Assembly: GCA_028023455.1 (NCBI GenBank)
Contig: JAQFVV010000001.1
Span: forward strand, 5,022,001-5,086,000
Reading direction: 5' to 3'
From: Epiperipatus broadwayi
Lineage: Eukaryota > Animalia > Onychophora
Length of the DNA: 64,000 bases
Positions within the stretch are counted from its first letter, which is position 1, and every line of letters begins with the position of its first letter. This document shows positions 13,001-26,274 of the stretch, piece by piece. Made by a program: the position numbers and the translations under genes. The notes under the pieces are model-generated. The model saw only the letters and a list, made by a program, of their open reading frames with translations, was not told the origin of the DNA and did not search any database.

Positions 13001-14329
13001 TCTGACTGTTACAATATTAAACCATTATTGTTTAACAGAATATAATAAATTTGACTTCATTTGATAAATATTTTTGTTTAGAAATGAAGGGAATTCTAAA
13101 AAAGTCACATTTGACTTTTGTATTGAAAAAAATTACATCATATTCAAAACAATAAGCAATTTTCATCATCTATTGTTAGGAGAAGCAGTTTCATTTCAGA
13201 AAATGAACAGTCTTTATTATTTGACATTTGTATTTAAAATGTGAATGAATAAAACCAATATTTGAAAAATCTATCAAATTATGCTTTAAAAGTTTAAAAT
13301 TTTACAATAATTTTTGTATTACAATATATTCTAACAGACAGTCAATGATTTATACATTAGCAAACAGCTTGAAATTGCCTTCCCTATTTGATTTGTTCAA
13401 AAATATAATATTGTATCATAAATAAAATTAGAGACTGTCAAAGGTCAATAGAAAACAATCAAGTTCTGAAAATCTATAGAATTTTTTGAAATTAAAATGT
13501 TAGAATAAAGTATAAGTACCTTTAACAATTTTATTTTTTTAAAAAAGTGAATTCTCTCAATAGATGGAGAATTGACTCTCATATGAAGTGTCTAGTCAAA
13601 AAAAAAAAAAGTTAATTAATATAATGAAAACAACTGTTGCTTTAATACCAAAATAAAATAGCTAAATCAGTGAATGCAAATGTTACCATGAATACCATTG
13701 GCTATTCTAGTGTAAACGTGCCAGATAGTTGACATTGTTTCTGTTTGAGTGTCTAATATTTTTCTATTGTTTTATAATAATTTTGTTAATTAATTTTCTT
13801 TTACTTGATTATTTATATCTTTAGCAATGAAAATGCTGCATTAAAAAAAAATATTCTATATATACACTACATAATACTTTTAGCCATGAGCAAAAAATGG
13901 AATTAGAAAACTAACATAAACAACAATAGCAACAAAAATAAACGATTTTCAAACCAGAGAGCAGTAAAATTATCAGAGATCTAAGTTCTGGATGCAGGGT
14001 GTCTTTTTAAAAATAAGAATGAAAAACAAATTATACAGGAATTTATAGATTAAACAATTCACATTATAATATCTTAGAATAGATGGAAACTTATTAATAC
14101 TAATATGAATTAATGAAAAGCAAATGACAGATTTTAACATTATTAATATAATCCTTTTTATGCTTTTAAAAGTTCAGTTATAATTGTCAGTACAGTGTAT
14201 AAAATTTTAATTCAGTAAATTAATTTTGTATTTAATTTTATAGTTATATTTTTGATTTTATATTATACATTTTTGCTGTTCAAATGGTTGTGCAGTATAA
14301 TAATATTATTCTAGGCCATGGATCTGGAA

Positions 14330-16240
14330 CCGATTATCTCTAAATATATGCATTTCAATGTACCAGTCAACGAACTCGCTATTTATTGAATTAAACTTCG
14401 GGAATCAATTATATTTGTTGCATGGGATTCTACTGTTCATATATGTATCAAAATTAATATATGTTTTATCACATATTAAAAATTAAGGTAGTTACATTTT
14501 AATTTTATAATTCATACAAGAATTGGGCATATTTTATTTAGAATTAGATAGACACCCTGACTGATTTAGCACAGTGTTAGTATCAGTGATGAATTCAAGA
14601 ATTGAATATCGATTCTCAATTAAGAAAACAAAACAAACAAAAAAAATCTCAATCAACAGAATTTTTAGTCCTAACTTTCATTTTATTGCTGAAACATCGC
14701 ATTATTTTCCGAGCATATATCGATTAGTTTTTAAATTTTAATACCACTAGATTAGTTTTTAAATTGAGAGAGCGCTAATTAATGATGACTTACTTGTCTT
14801 AATGCTCGATTCCCGAACATATAACAATTCGATTATTTTTTAAATACCAAATAAGTATTTCATTATTTTAAATAAAGTTCAGAATAATTATAGGATACTA
14901 AAGTAAACACTGTCTCTGTGGTAATGAAGTGCTATACTTACTTATAATATTTTAATGTCTAGTCATGAGATCTAACTTAAGACAGAGAATTTGCAAATTG
15001 TAATCCATAAACGTTTAAACCAAAAATAATTAATTATTTAATTTGTTGTCAGCCTGTAGGTAAACTACTGTTAATTTTTGTTTATTCCTCGCCCCAACTG
15101 AAGTTTTAAATTGAGATAAATAAATTTGAGCAGTTGTTTCAAAACGTTGCATTATAATTTTAATGGAAGCCGTATTTCCTGTATATATTTCCTCGGGAAA
15201 AAATATCCATAATTAAATTTTTTAAAATGAATTTATAGTATTCCCTCTTTTTTTTAAAAAGTCTTTCTCTTGGAAATCCGCTGGTCTTGAAATTCGCAAG
15301 CTGACTTTGGCGTTCTGCCAAGGTGAAAAGTGTGTCTATTAAAAAAAAAATATTTTTTTTATATGTAAGTTTTAAATAAATTTAACTTTTGCATATTAGA
15401 ATTGAATTTTCCTCCGTTGTCTTGTTCTAAGTTTTTAAATAGTAAAAATAAATTATTTAAAGTTACAAAGAAGGCTGTAAAATATTTTGTGTTAACTTTT
15501 GTTTTATACGAAAAAGGTGGTGACTTGTTCCTGTTACATCACGATGAATATAGATTCATGCAAAATTCTGAGACAGGAAATCCACGCCTTCTCCACACCC
15601 ATTTGGATGTTTCTCATTATCAGTAATACTCCATCAAAGCAGCCTGTCACTTCTCAACTAGGTTATCTAGTGTCCAGTTGTTTTGAAAACACACTCCTTT
15701 TGATTTATCATATGCAGACTTGGTATTCACGGGTAGCGGTGGGGTCATCCTACCAAAATTTTTTTTTTAAATATTATGGGCAGGTGAGTAAATAAATAGT
15801 TTGTATTTCACCTATTTTGATTATGTTAAATGATGATTGTTTTAAAAAAAAGTCCTAACTTTTTTTTTTTGTGAATTTTGGAAGGCAAAAAAAAAAAAAA
15901 ATCATAAAATTGTAGTCATGATTTTTTTTTTTTTCGCTTTATGGGAATGATATAATATATATTGTTTACGTTTAGTAAGTAATGAAATATACATACAATG
16001 TGGGCGCACATATAGTTATATATATATATATAAGATATTATAGATGAATATTTATAAATTTAACTACTTTGATGTAAATTTCAGTAACCATGTGTATTAT
16101 ATGACTACACTTGGGCAATAAAATAAACTCACGAACTTTTACACTTTTAAAAAAACTTTTTCCTCTTGATGCTATTTTCTCGTATAGTAAGTTTTTTTTT
16201 TTGTTGCTTAGTCAGGTCGTGATAGCCCCGTAGAAATGAA
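14330..16240. promoter_or_regulatory. CpG-rich island ending in a strong 5' splice site
   Basis: Many CpGs, including two ATATCGATT (DRE-like) near 14620-14725. CAG|GTGAGT donor at 15783/15784. Confidence 0.45.
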
Positions 16241-17399
16241 CTATGTACTCAACTTCAGGCAGTTTAAATATTGGCTGAATAGTTGTTTTTTTTATTTTAA
16301 TGTTTACAGGGTTACTCCTATTAAATTTACATTTGCCATCTTCAATTTCCTTATTCCTTTTGGGGGATGTCTACATCCTGATAAATTCCAATGAATTGTA
16401 TATTAATGTATTGCATATATTTCAATGATGCACATCAAAATATAAACTATTTTCCATTAATATATATAGATAGGTATGAAGTACTTTATATAATATATGA
16501 TCAGGTTTTTAATATATAAAAAGACTTGGAATGAACATTTAATTAATTATATATATTGCATGTACAAATCATCACTTTTTAATCATTTTAGAAATTGTAT
16601 TAAAATATGGCAAGCAATGGCATGTTTCCACCACAATGCTTAATATCTGACATGCTTCCATTCTGATAGAGTGTTATCATTTGTTTTCAATGTCTGACTT
16701 GGACAGAAAACATATAATACAGTATTATATTAAATGCATCCACATCATTGCATTTGGTATAAAGCTTTTTTTTATTATTATATATATTCAAGTTATTTTA
16801 CAATGTGTGGTTTGTATACTTTTATATAAATATTTATATATGTATGTTAAGATCTTTGAAGGTAGAGTAATTAAACAATGAATACTATGGCTAAAGATAG
16901 AATAATTAAACAATGAATACTATAGCTAAGTGATAACACTTGATAATGATAACTATTGCAGCAAGTAATTTATTTGAACATTTTAATTTTAAATTTACAC
17001 TATAAATTTTAATGAACTTTTACATCAATTAGATACACTTGGTAGTAATTTTCCATATCCACATTATTTGGTTCCAGCCTTCATGTAGATTCCAAAATTT
17101 TCATTTAGTAGCTAACCATATACAATATATATTTTAATTGTTATACATTATGCATAATTTAATTAATCAAAACAAAAAAAAGGGAGAATACTATTATAAA
17201 TTATTAACATATACAGTAGACATTTTAAACATATATATATATATAGTAAATACATATTGATGATAGAATTTAATTTAGAAATTATGCATATTAAGATATC
17301 AGTTTTTCTCTCAACAAAAGCAAATAAATAAGTAAAACTTATATTCTTGTATCTTTCATTTTATTTGTGATAAAAATTATTAACGAAATGCAAAAGATA

Positions 17400-19850
17400 C
17401 TATGACTAAATGATGTTAAGATTCTTAAAATTCAAACTAGAAACAACTTTTTTTTTCAACATTATTGATTAGATGTTACAATACAAGAAACACAAATACT
17501 TATAGGTGTAGATTATGGAATGGATCATAGTTTAGTATGCTCCAACATTGAAATGATAGTTGCATTAAAAATATATATATCTTATTTTAATCATATTTTT
17601 TCATTCTTTAAAGATATCTATTATACATGCTAAATTTCAACAGCTATTAAATAAAGATGAAAATTGCTATTTTGGACTTTTATGATTATTGAAGTGTGGA
17701 ATTTTCTTAAGAAATGTATATATATACAAATAAATTTTTCTTAGGTTAACTAAAAAGAAGAAGCATGATTAGTTTTCTGATAAGGATGTTATTAATAATT
17801 TATTTAATAGAAACTGTTTGGCAGAATAATAAATTAAATGTGAAGCAAAGCAAAAGTTCAGCAATTGATAAAAAGGCTTAAAAATAATTGGTGGATTAAA
17901 CCTGCAAAGTAGATGCAGACATTTACTGATTGGGTCACTATATTTTATTTAATGCCCCAAAAGCAGTGTATGAACCTGAAAAATATCACAATCTTATTAA
18001 ATCCAGCAATAGAACTCTTTATAAGATACAATGATAATTTAAATTGGTCAAAAATGTCCAGATTAGTAAAGTTAAAACCGTTCTTTATTATTTTAAAAAG
18101 GAAAGGCTTTAGTCCTGATGAGATATCTAAAAAAGTTTTAAAATATAATTAGTGATTTTTTTAGCTTCAGAAATATTCACCTTTCAAAAGAAATATATGG
18201 ATTCAAAAAATGGTGATCATGTGATGTTTATTGGCTTAGTATATGGATTCATGAATTAGTGTTACATGATCTTAAGAATGCATCTATTCTTCCAGTTTTT
18301 AAAAGTAAAGAGACAAGATTGCTCATCATTATTATCTACTACAGCAAAAATACTTATAAGAATTTTATTGAATAGTTTATTTCCCATCATAGATGAGTAG
18401 CTATCAGAATCTAAATATAAATTTAGCGAATAAAGAAGCACTACTTTCATGGTTTTTTGTTGCAGTCAAATGCAAGAAAAATGTTGGCTACAAAAAAGTA
18501 ATTCATATATGCTTTTATTGATTTAGTTAAGGGGCTTGACTCAGTCAATTAAACAGATCTACAGTATGTTTGAAATTAGTTGATTGTCCACCAATTTTTT
18601 TCATGCTATACAAACTTCTATATAATTGAATGAGAGGATGTGTTATTATTACAAGTGAAAAATTGAAGGCATTTGAAATGAAAATTTATGCTAGACATAG
18701 ATATGTACTTGCATAGACAATGTTGTCACTTCTTATGGCAGCGTTTTTTGTAGTTGTTTATAGGTGGCTTATTTTATTAAATAAGGATCAAGATTCAATA
18801 TAGGTTTGATGGTAGAATTTTTAATTTATGAAAACAAAAACAAGACCTTTGTTTTTTGGATTTTGGATTTAAAGTATGATAATGATTGTGCTATTTTTTC
18901 CAGCTGAAAAAATGATCCACAAAATATATTTAATGTTTTGATTTCAATATTTAATAATTAATGTTTTAAAAACTTGAATTTTTTATTACCAGTATAAGGG
19001 CAAAAATCCTCAACAACTTTTAAAATTGAATGATTATCAATTTAAAAATAAAAATATAAAATAATTTAAATATCTTGGTAGTTTTATAAGTCACAATGAA
19101 GATGGACTTAGATGTGTTGCAGAAGAGGCTTCAAGAAGTGCTACCCTTTTTTAAAAATGAAAAAATAGAATCTTTCTTCATATGGAAATAATTATTGCAA
19201 CTAAAGTAACTGTTTATAGAGCTCTTATTTTATTGTATGGAAATAATATTTGGACTGTCAAAATTTTGATGCAACATAAAGGCATTAGAAAATTTTCATA
19301 AAAGGATGCTTTATAAAATTTTAAAAATACAATGCAAGATTATAAGACCAATCAATATCTTCTTCAACTATCTGGACATGATGATATAGAGTCCATTATT
19401 GTAAACTATTTCTTTGTTGGATTGGGTATTTGAAATGAGTCACAAAACAAAATTTCCTTAAAGGATGTTTTATATGTGAACTTGTGCATGGTTTACATGG
19501 GACATGTAAATGCCATTTACATTATAAGAATTATTTCAAAGACATTCTAAAGAATTGAAATGTTGACTTTTTCATTCAAAAAATATGTCAGAGAATAGAA
19601 TAATTAGACACAGTATTGAAGAATTTCACAAAGACTAAGTTTTTAGAAAAAGAAGTGCAAAAGCAGCATTGCAAATTACCTAATAAGTAGAAAAATGGAT
19701 CAGCATGTTACATGTGAGGGTATTTGTGGTTCATAGAATCGTTTGAATAATCATTGCAAAACTCATCTCTAGTTTTTTTTTCTTGGAGTTGGAATCAGCA
19801 TACTTATTTGTCAATTGCCACTGATGAAGATGATTTTTTTTTATTAATCT
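17400..19850 (+). mobile_element. Decayed RTE-clade LINE (endonuclease end, RT and 3' tail)
   Basis: ORF 17913-18152 ends LKRKGFSPDEISKKVLK (cf. KAAGPDGIPxEVLK). At 18450-18600 the sequence reads as QMQEKC...AFIDLxKxxDSV...GCP; a YADD-like motif lies near 18875, FKYLG near 19070, and the tail has ctgatgaagatgat. Confidence 0.8.
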
Positions 19851-21141
19851 AATTTTTTTATTTAATATTTTATTCAAATGATGGGTGATTGAAATTACTA
19901 TATTGAGAATGGGTATGGAAAATCGTTTATGAAAACAATTTGCTCTTTGTGGTTTTTGTTAAAAGTGAGGTTTATTGTCATATCTCTAGATAAGTAATAC
20001 AACAATAAATTAATAAATATTTGTTCTATTGTTGGTATTAATCTACTAGTTTTTTTCACTTCTACTTGGAATTTTATTATTATTATTATTTTTTGTCTAA
20101 GAGAAATTATTAATATTGAGACCTTCCATGCATTAAATATCATCTTATATTTTTTTTTAATGATTTTTTAATTCAAGGATTCTATCTGAAGAATTTAAAT
20201 CTTGTGCAAGCACCCAAGACCAAAGTTTTATAGTTACTGAAAGCATCCTTAAAGTAAACAGAAGGCTTATTAAGAAGTTTGCAATGTAAATTGTTATTAA
20301 TTTCAAATATCAGTTATGACTCTCATAGTTTTTTTGTAATTCTAAGCTAGATTTACTTTTTTATTTTTTTTTACAGTAGGATATGGATTATCCATGACAA
20401 TTGGGGCCAAAGAATGCTTTTGAAAACCCAATTGTTCAGTGGATTTAATATATGTGGGAATATCCAATTTATTCAAAACAAGCTCCTGAGTGTTTTAGAT
20501 CAGTGGTAGAGTGTATGGTCCTCGGATATATTCTTGTTCTGTCACTCTCAGCACCCAAAATTTTTTATTAACTCTCAAAGCAAAAAAAAAAAACCCATTT
20601 GAATTATTTATTCAAAACAAAGATTTTACATATATATATATGGTTATTATTGCAATATTTTGAAATATGGATTATTAAAATTATTGTTCTAGGATACGGT
20701 TTGTAAATGATAATCAAAATGTTTATAGAAACAATGTAAATTCAGACTTAAGAGTTTGTATCAAAAATTGGAGCAGTAATTAAAAGCAGTTTTAAACAAA
20801 AAATAATTTTATTAAATTCTTACTCAATCTATTTTACTTCCAATGAAAGAATGGATTGTTCTATTTTCCAGTTTTATAATCATTCAAAACGATGTGCTTC
20901 AATGAACGATTTTAAATAAATGAGAAAGAAATATATATATATTTAACTGAAAGTTTCTCTTTTACAATTTATTCATTAATAATTAAAATGCAGTTTTAAA
21001 TATATATTTGCTAAACTTTTTTCAACAACCATAATTATTTATTATTAAGAAAAACTAAATCAGCTTTACTGCATGTGTCAAATTTTGATTAAAAAAGTGG
21101 AAATGAATGATTTAAGCTGTAGGGGTAATAATAACCAGTAT

Positions 21142-21231
21142 AATTATTTGAAATACCCCTCAAAATATAGTATCTACTCCTACTAAGATTAGTAAGAGAA
21201 GGTACTATATTTTGGAGGATTTCAAATAATT
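21142..21231. repeat. Imperfect hairpin with about 43-bp arms and a 6-nt loop
   Basis: aattatttgaaatacccctcaaaatatagtatctactcctact pairs with agtaagagaaggtactatattttggaggatttcaaataatt around the loop aagatt. Confidence 0.85.
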
Positions 21232-22409
21232 GATGCCCTATTATATTTAGTTAGTTGAATTTTAGAATATAACATACCAGTAAAACAGAAAGACCTTCAA
21301 ATATAGTCAACTAATCAATTATTTGATTGTAAGTGTATTAAGAATGATTGTATTTATATATATCATGATATATTGCTAATTTGCAATAAATTTTCTATAA
21401 AATAAAAGCCTTCTCCTAACATTAACTAAGAATACTGTAGTTTTTTCTTATTCACAGATTCATCATCTATGGTTTGGAACAAATTATTAAAAAGTAAAAA
21501 AAAATGAGAAATTTGTAAATTCGAATTTTAATAACAGAACTTGCCTCTCTATATAAGCAGCATCATGAATTACTTTAGCTATTTCCTTATCTCATGCATA
21601 AAGTGCATTATTTACTTAAATGGTTGCTATCAATGAAAAAATATTTTACATCCTGTTACTGCTGCTAATTATGCATAAAATTTTGTTTAATCATGTGGAT
21701 ATTAATATCAAAAAAATTCAAATGATGCAAATTTGCTTTTATTGTATTTATATATTAAAATAGATGATTTTTTAAAATATCTATTTTCATTTACAATCTA
21801 GAAATTAATATACAAAGAAATATAAAAATATAAAGATCATAATAATAAAAAAATTGCAGCAGCAGTCACATATAGCTGATAGAAATATTCATTACTCATA
21901 TATACTGAAATGTGAAAAAAATGAAAACATTACAATTTTTTTTTATATTATAGTTGTATAATAAAATACATATTTTTTTTTGTAATTTTACAGTTACAAT
22001 CTAGAAATTACTTTCACAACAATGCCAACACTGATTTTGGCAGTCAAGAATAGTGCTCAGATATAATTTACTCTCAAATATGAGAAACACGAGTTATAAC
22101 CAAACTGTCAGTTTAAATTTTATAGTTTAATATTATCACATGCAAATGCACAGCTAGTCATAACAATATTTTAGAAAATAATTTTTTTCTCTCAGATCAG
22201 TTGTGACCTTTGGAGATTAAAATGATTTAAAGCTCAAAGTTAATGATTTATGACAATTCTTTGTCATAAAAAATTAATTGATATAATAGCAAATGGGGGA
22301 AAAAATCATATTCTTAATAAGCATATTCACTCTCTTTAATCTATAAATACAATTTATCCAAACTGTTTTTAATACTTTTTAGCAAAACTCTTTATTTGTA
22401 CATATACAT

Positions 22410-22452
22410 ATACCTACGTTTCGACTGACCTGCAGTCATCTTCAGAGCAAGT
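22410..22452 (-). ncRNA. Minimal (PLE-type) type-I hammerhead ribozyme, core intact
   Basis: Minus strand reads TTGCT-CTGAAGA-T-GACTG-CAGGT-CAGTC-GAAAC-GTA^GGTA. Stem II is 5 bp, stem III the palindrome ACGT (needs dimer folding), and stem I is weak. Confidence 0.7.
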
Positions 22453-22491
22453 CTATTTTGATCTTTTTAAAAAAATTAAAAATTAAAATAG

Positions 22492-22535
22492 ACTTGCTCT
22501 GAAGAAGACTGCAGGTCAGTCGGAACATAGGTGTA
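22492..22535 (+). ncRNA. Degenerate inverted copy of the same hammerhead
   Basis: CTGAAGA-A-GACTG-CAGGT-CAGTC-GGAAC-ATA: GAAA has become GGAA and ACGT has become ACAT. Confidence 0.55.
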
Positions 22536-23052
22536 TGAATATGTACAAATAAAGAGTTTTGCTAAAAAGTGTTTGAAGTGGTTTGGATAAATTGTATTTA
22601 TAGGATATTACGGCAAAAATAAAGAAAAGTATGATTTTGGTCTCTTTAATCTACTTACATTAAAGTACTTTTTCAAATTATTACTGAACCATTTTTTTCA
22701 TAACTGCAATATTTATTTTCATATTAATTATTTTTGTAAAGGTCTTGCAGTATATAATTTTTAAATTAAATCGTATCATAGATATGTGTATCTATATTAA
22801 ACATGTATATCATATAACATTTATTATTGTTTGCAGATTAAATATCCATGTGAAAATTTGGAACCAAATGAGAGTAGAAATGAGTGTATGGGGAGGGGAG
22901 GGCTAATATATTTAAATGCATTTTTTATTTTTGTAGAAATTTACTATTTTATTAATGATATATTTAAACTTGTTTAAACATAGTGGGAAATATGTCTGAT
23001 TAATTCCTATAATGTTATATATAGAGTAAGTAAAAAACAAACTTTTAACAAG

Positions 23053-23275
23053 CTTCAAAAATACCCTCAACCTCAGACCGTGGTTTTTACATCTAGCGTC
23101 ATCAGTGAGGTGTTAGGGAATAAAAATACTAGAACTAGTCTAGCATTTTATCAATGCCTAACTATTGAGAAGAAAATCTGAAACTTTCAGACATTTAAAT
23201 GTCCAAAAATCCAGCTATCTAACTCAAATAGCCATATGGGACTGAACCAAGTTCAGATACACCATATATTAATAG
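23053..23275 (-). mobile_element. Repeat family B copy with a degenerate hammerhead (23071-23110)
   Basis: About 170 bp homologous to 46040-46215. Minus strand reads CCTCA-CTGATGA-CGC-TAGAT-GTA-AAAAC-CAC-GGTC^TGAGG, with a perfect 5-bp stem I and G12 changed to A. Confidence 0.6.
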
Positions 23276-25537
23276 CTACATTTCTGTTTTAAAATTAAAA
23301 TTATCAGATGTAATCAATTTTCTGGATTAAAATTTTCTTTAAAAACATTTTAAATTTGATATTAGTCATAAGGTACAAAGGCTATTGTTTAAATTAGCTG
23401 AGTTAACCAAAAGTAAAATTGACCCAACAATTGTTTATATTTAGGGTATAAAATAATGATTGTTAATTAATTACTATAAATAATTAATTAAAATTAATTT
23501 TCTTTTATTATATTTTATTATGAGTTGCAAAAACAAATTTTGGGAAGATATTTGATTTTAATGATCTGGGATCTTTTTTAATTTAGATTACAATTTGACA
23601 ACAAAACATAAAAAAATAGTGAAAATTTAAAATTCTTCCTCAAGCTGTTTTTCATCATTGATCATTTGAAATATCAGTTAAAGTAAAATGTTTATGTCAA
23701 AAGATAAATTTGAAATTATTAAATTTAAATATGGCAAGATAATGTAACTCAAAATAGTTTTCCATCTAACTACCATCAAAGATGTGATTCCACTTTAACC
23801 AAAAATCTCCAAGAAAGCATATTGGAAATCAGCAAAGTCACAATTCTAAGATTGTGGATGGCCAAATATAAATTTTAAAAATTTTAATGATGGTCACTTT
23901 CAAATTAGTTAAATAATATAAGAAGTGATTGTGTCTCTTGTATTTTAAAAGGAAGAAAATCCTTGTTATTTCCTAGAAAAGATACCAAGTAGAAAGTTCT
24001 TGTATATAGTCCAAGTTTAGGGATGCTATCAAAGTCTAACTTGTGTTTATTTTGCAGAAGCAACATATAGTATTAAATTCAATCTTCAAATACCTTTCAT
24101 TCACATCAATGAATTGTGAGATAATTAATAAACTTCTCTTTTTGATGAAGATAAAATCAATTCACACTTCAATCTTACTTTATTTTTATCTTTTGTTATT
24201 AATTATTACTAATTTTATAATAGAGCGATATTATGATTTTTAATTTTTTATTTAGTATAAAGTTTATTTAATGGGTATCTTTAAATAATGACATTTTAAA
24301 TAAGAAAAGCATGAAAATGCATATCTCATATATTAAAAGTGGCAGGCTTCAAAACTTATAAAACTAATTAAAAAATGTGCTTGCTTAAAAGAATATTAAT
24401 TTGTGACAAAGATAAGCATGAATTGTTGGGTATTATAATTAATTAATCAGTACACATTAATTTTACTCTAGATCATAAAAATATTACTATTGATAAAATA
24501 TTTTATTATGCAAATTTCAGATATATTTTCAGACATTAATTAATTTTATTGATAAATGAGGATTTTAGATTTAGACAGATCATTTTAAATTTAGATACAT
24601 CAAAATAACACGTATAAGAATGTTTGCATGAATATAAAATGCATATATTTAAAATGTTCTAAATAAAAACTATTTCACTCCTTGAATTGATGATATTATT
24701 TTTCAAATATATTTGTTTATGAATTAAAGATGCCATTTAAAATATAAATAGCAAGAAGATGGTATAATATTTTAGATGAAGTTAAAGAAAGCATATTGAG
24801 TTATAAAGTCCAAAAGAATCAAATTATATTTTATATGAAGTTAAAGAGAATCAAATAATAATATTTTAATATAATATTAAAAACTAAGCTTTTGAACATT
24901 AGGGTATCAAGAACATACCTGTGTATATGTGTTAATATAGATAACCAGGAAGCAGTTTTGGCTATGATTATCTATTATAAAATTTCTTCACCATTATATT
25001 CAAATCCATGGCATCAAAGAACCAAATCAAAGACATGCATGGGCAGAATAAAATAATTCTTAGATGTAATAAACGTTATTGTGTGTATACATCACATGAT
25101 GTCATTATTTACACAACATTATTGAGAAGCAATTATCAAAATTAAGCATTAAAATATTAAGTCATAGATCTGTAAGAGAAAATTCCAAATTCAGTTAAGC
25201 CATAAGATTTTATATATTAAGCATTTGATATTAGTTCAGTAAATATGTTAATATCTTCATTATTTATATTATTCCAGTCTGTCACAAAACCAATTTACAT
25301 TCAGTGTCCAAATAAATAATAATGGCACAAATGCATATAATTCTTGTTATAAAATGTATTATTAATATCAAAAGAATGTAGATTGATGATGAAGTGAGCC
25401 ATAATTACTTTTGTCATTTATTTTGAATATATGTATTTTTAACCATATTTGACATATAATAAATTATTACCTGGACATGAAAACATAATTTAAGTACTCC
25501 TTTCATAAATTTATTTAATGTACATTGATTACGTAAG

Positions 25538-25771
25538 TAATATTTACTAAGGCAATAAACTTTTAAGCATGTGCGCTTGAAAATGCGAAGGTAGGGACCT
25601 CTACTGGTCTTAACCATAAGCTTACTTTTTAGAAGAAAAGTAAGTTGAAGTAAAGAAGGTTCCCCTCTTTTCTTCCAAAGAGTAAGCTTGTGGTTAAGAT
25701 CTGTAGAGGGGTCCCTACCTTCGCATTTTCAAGCGCACATGCTTAAAGGTTTATTGCCCTAGTAAATATTA
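25538..25771. repeat. Near-perfect fold-back element (about 103-bp arms, 26-nt loop), MITE-like
   Basis: Arms 25538-25640 and 25667-25771 are reverse complements with few mismatches, and CpGs are retained (gtgcgc, tgcgaa). Confidence 0.9.
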
Positions 25772-26274
25772 TTTCTTTCATATTAATTCTATCAATATAA
25801 ATGTTAATAAAATAACTTATTAGTATAAGGTATATAGAATATGATTTATTTTTGTTCAAATGCCAATCTCATTCAATTAAAGCCTCCAGACAATGAAACT
25901 ACTTATGAACCCTAATCTAGATGGATTTTAAAGGGATGTATGGCAAATATTCATTATAAAATTAAGAAGATAAGTCTTAAATTGTCATTCAAGTATTTTA
26001 AAATATTTATATAAAATTATAAATATGTAATCTTATCCTGAGATTGGGAATATATGATACCATTTCTAACTTTTTTATATACTTAACAATACTATTTCAA
26101 CATATAAAGAAAGGAGGATGAATAAGAAGATTGGGAATATAGTGTGCCCATGTAACGTCTTTCAAGTTGGAGATCATTTTGGCTAATGATGATGATTATG
26201 CTTCATTTGACACCATGAACCCAATAAGTCAATTGAAGAAAATCAAAACAAATTAGAAATCTTCAATTTAATTA

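Larger units (their letters stand above)
22342..22640. mobile_element. Fold-back element of two inverted PLE-type terminal repeats, each with a minimal hammerhead
   Basis: Inverted arms 22342-22459 and 22486-22602, then about 38 bp of extra tail. Direct repeat tctctttaatcta at 22331-22343 and 22641-22653 (TSD-like). AATAAA lies about 20 nt 3' of each HHR core. Confidence 0.8.

Noticed and set aside
15510-15600. Minus-strand GVDFLSQNFA*IYIHRDV as a kinase catalytic-loop exon
   Set aside because: There is an in-frame stop just before HRD, no LKxxN-like continuation and no suitable splice sites.
16310-16375. Tetraspanin TM1 label for IKFTFAIFNFLIPFGGCL
   Set aside because: The resemblance is superficial, a stop follows within 7 codons, and no further tetraspanin exons were found.
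20376-20430. Terminal exon VGYGLSMTIGAKECF* after a good acceptor
   Set aside because: It is plausible, but I cannot recognise the peptide or link it to other exons, and other frames are equally open.
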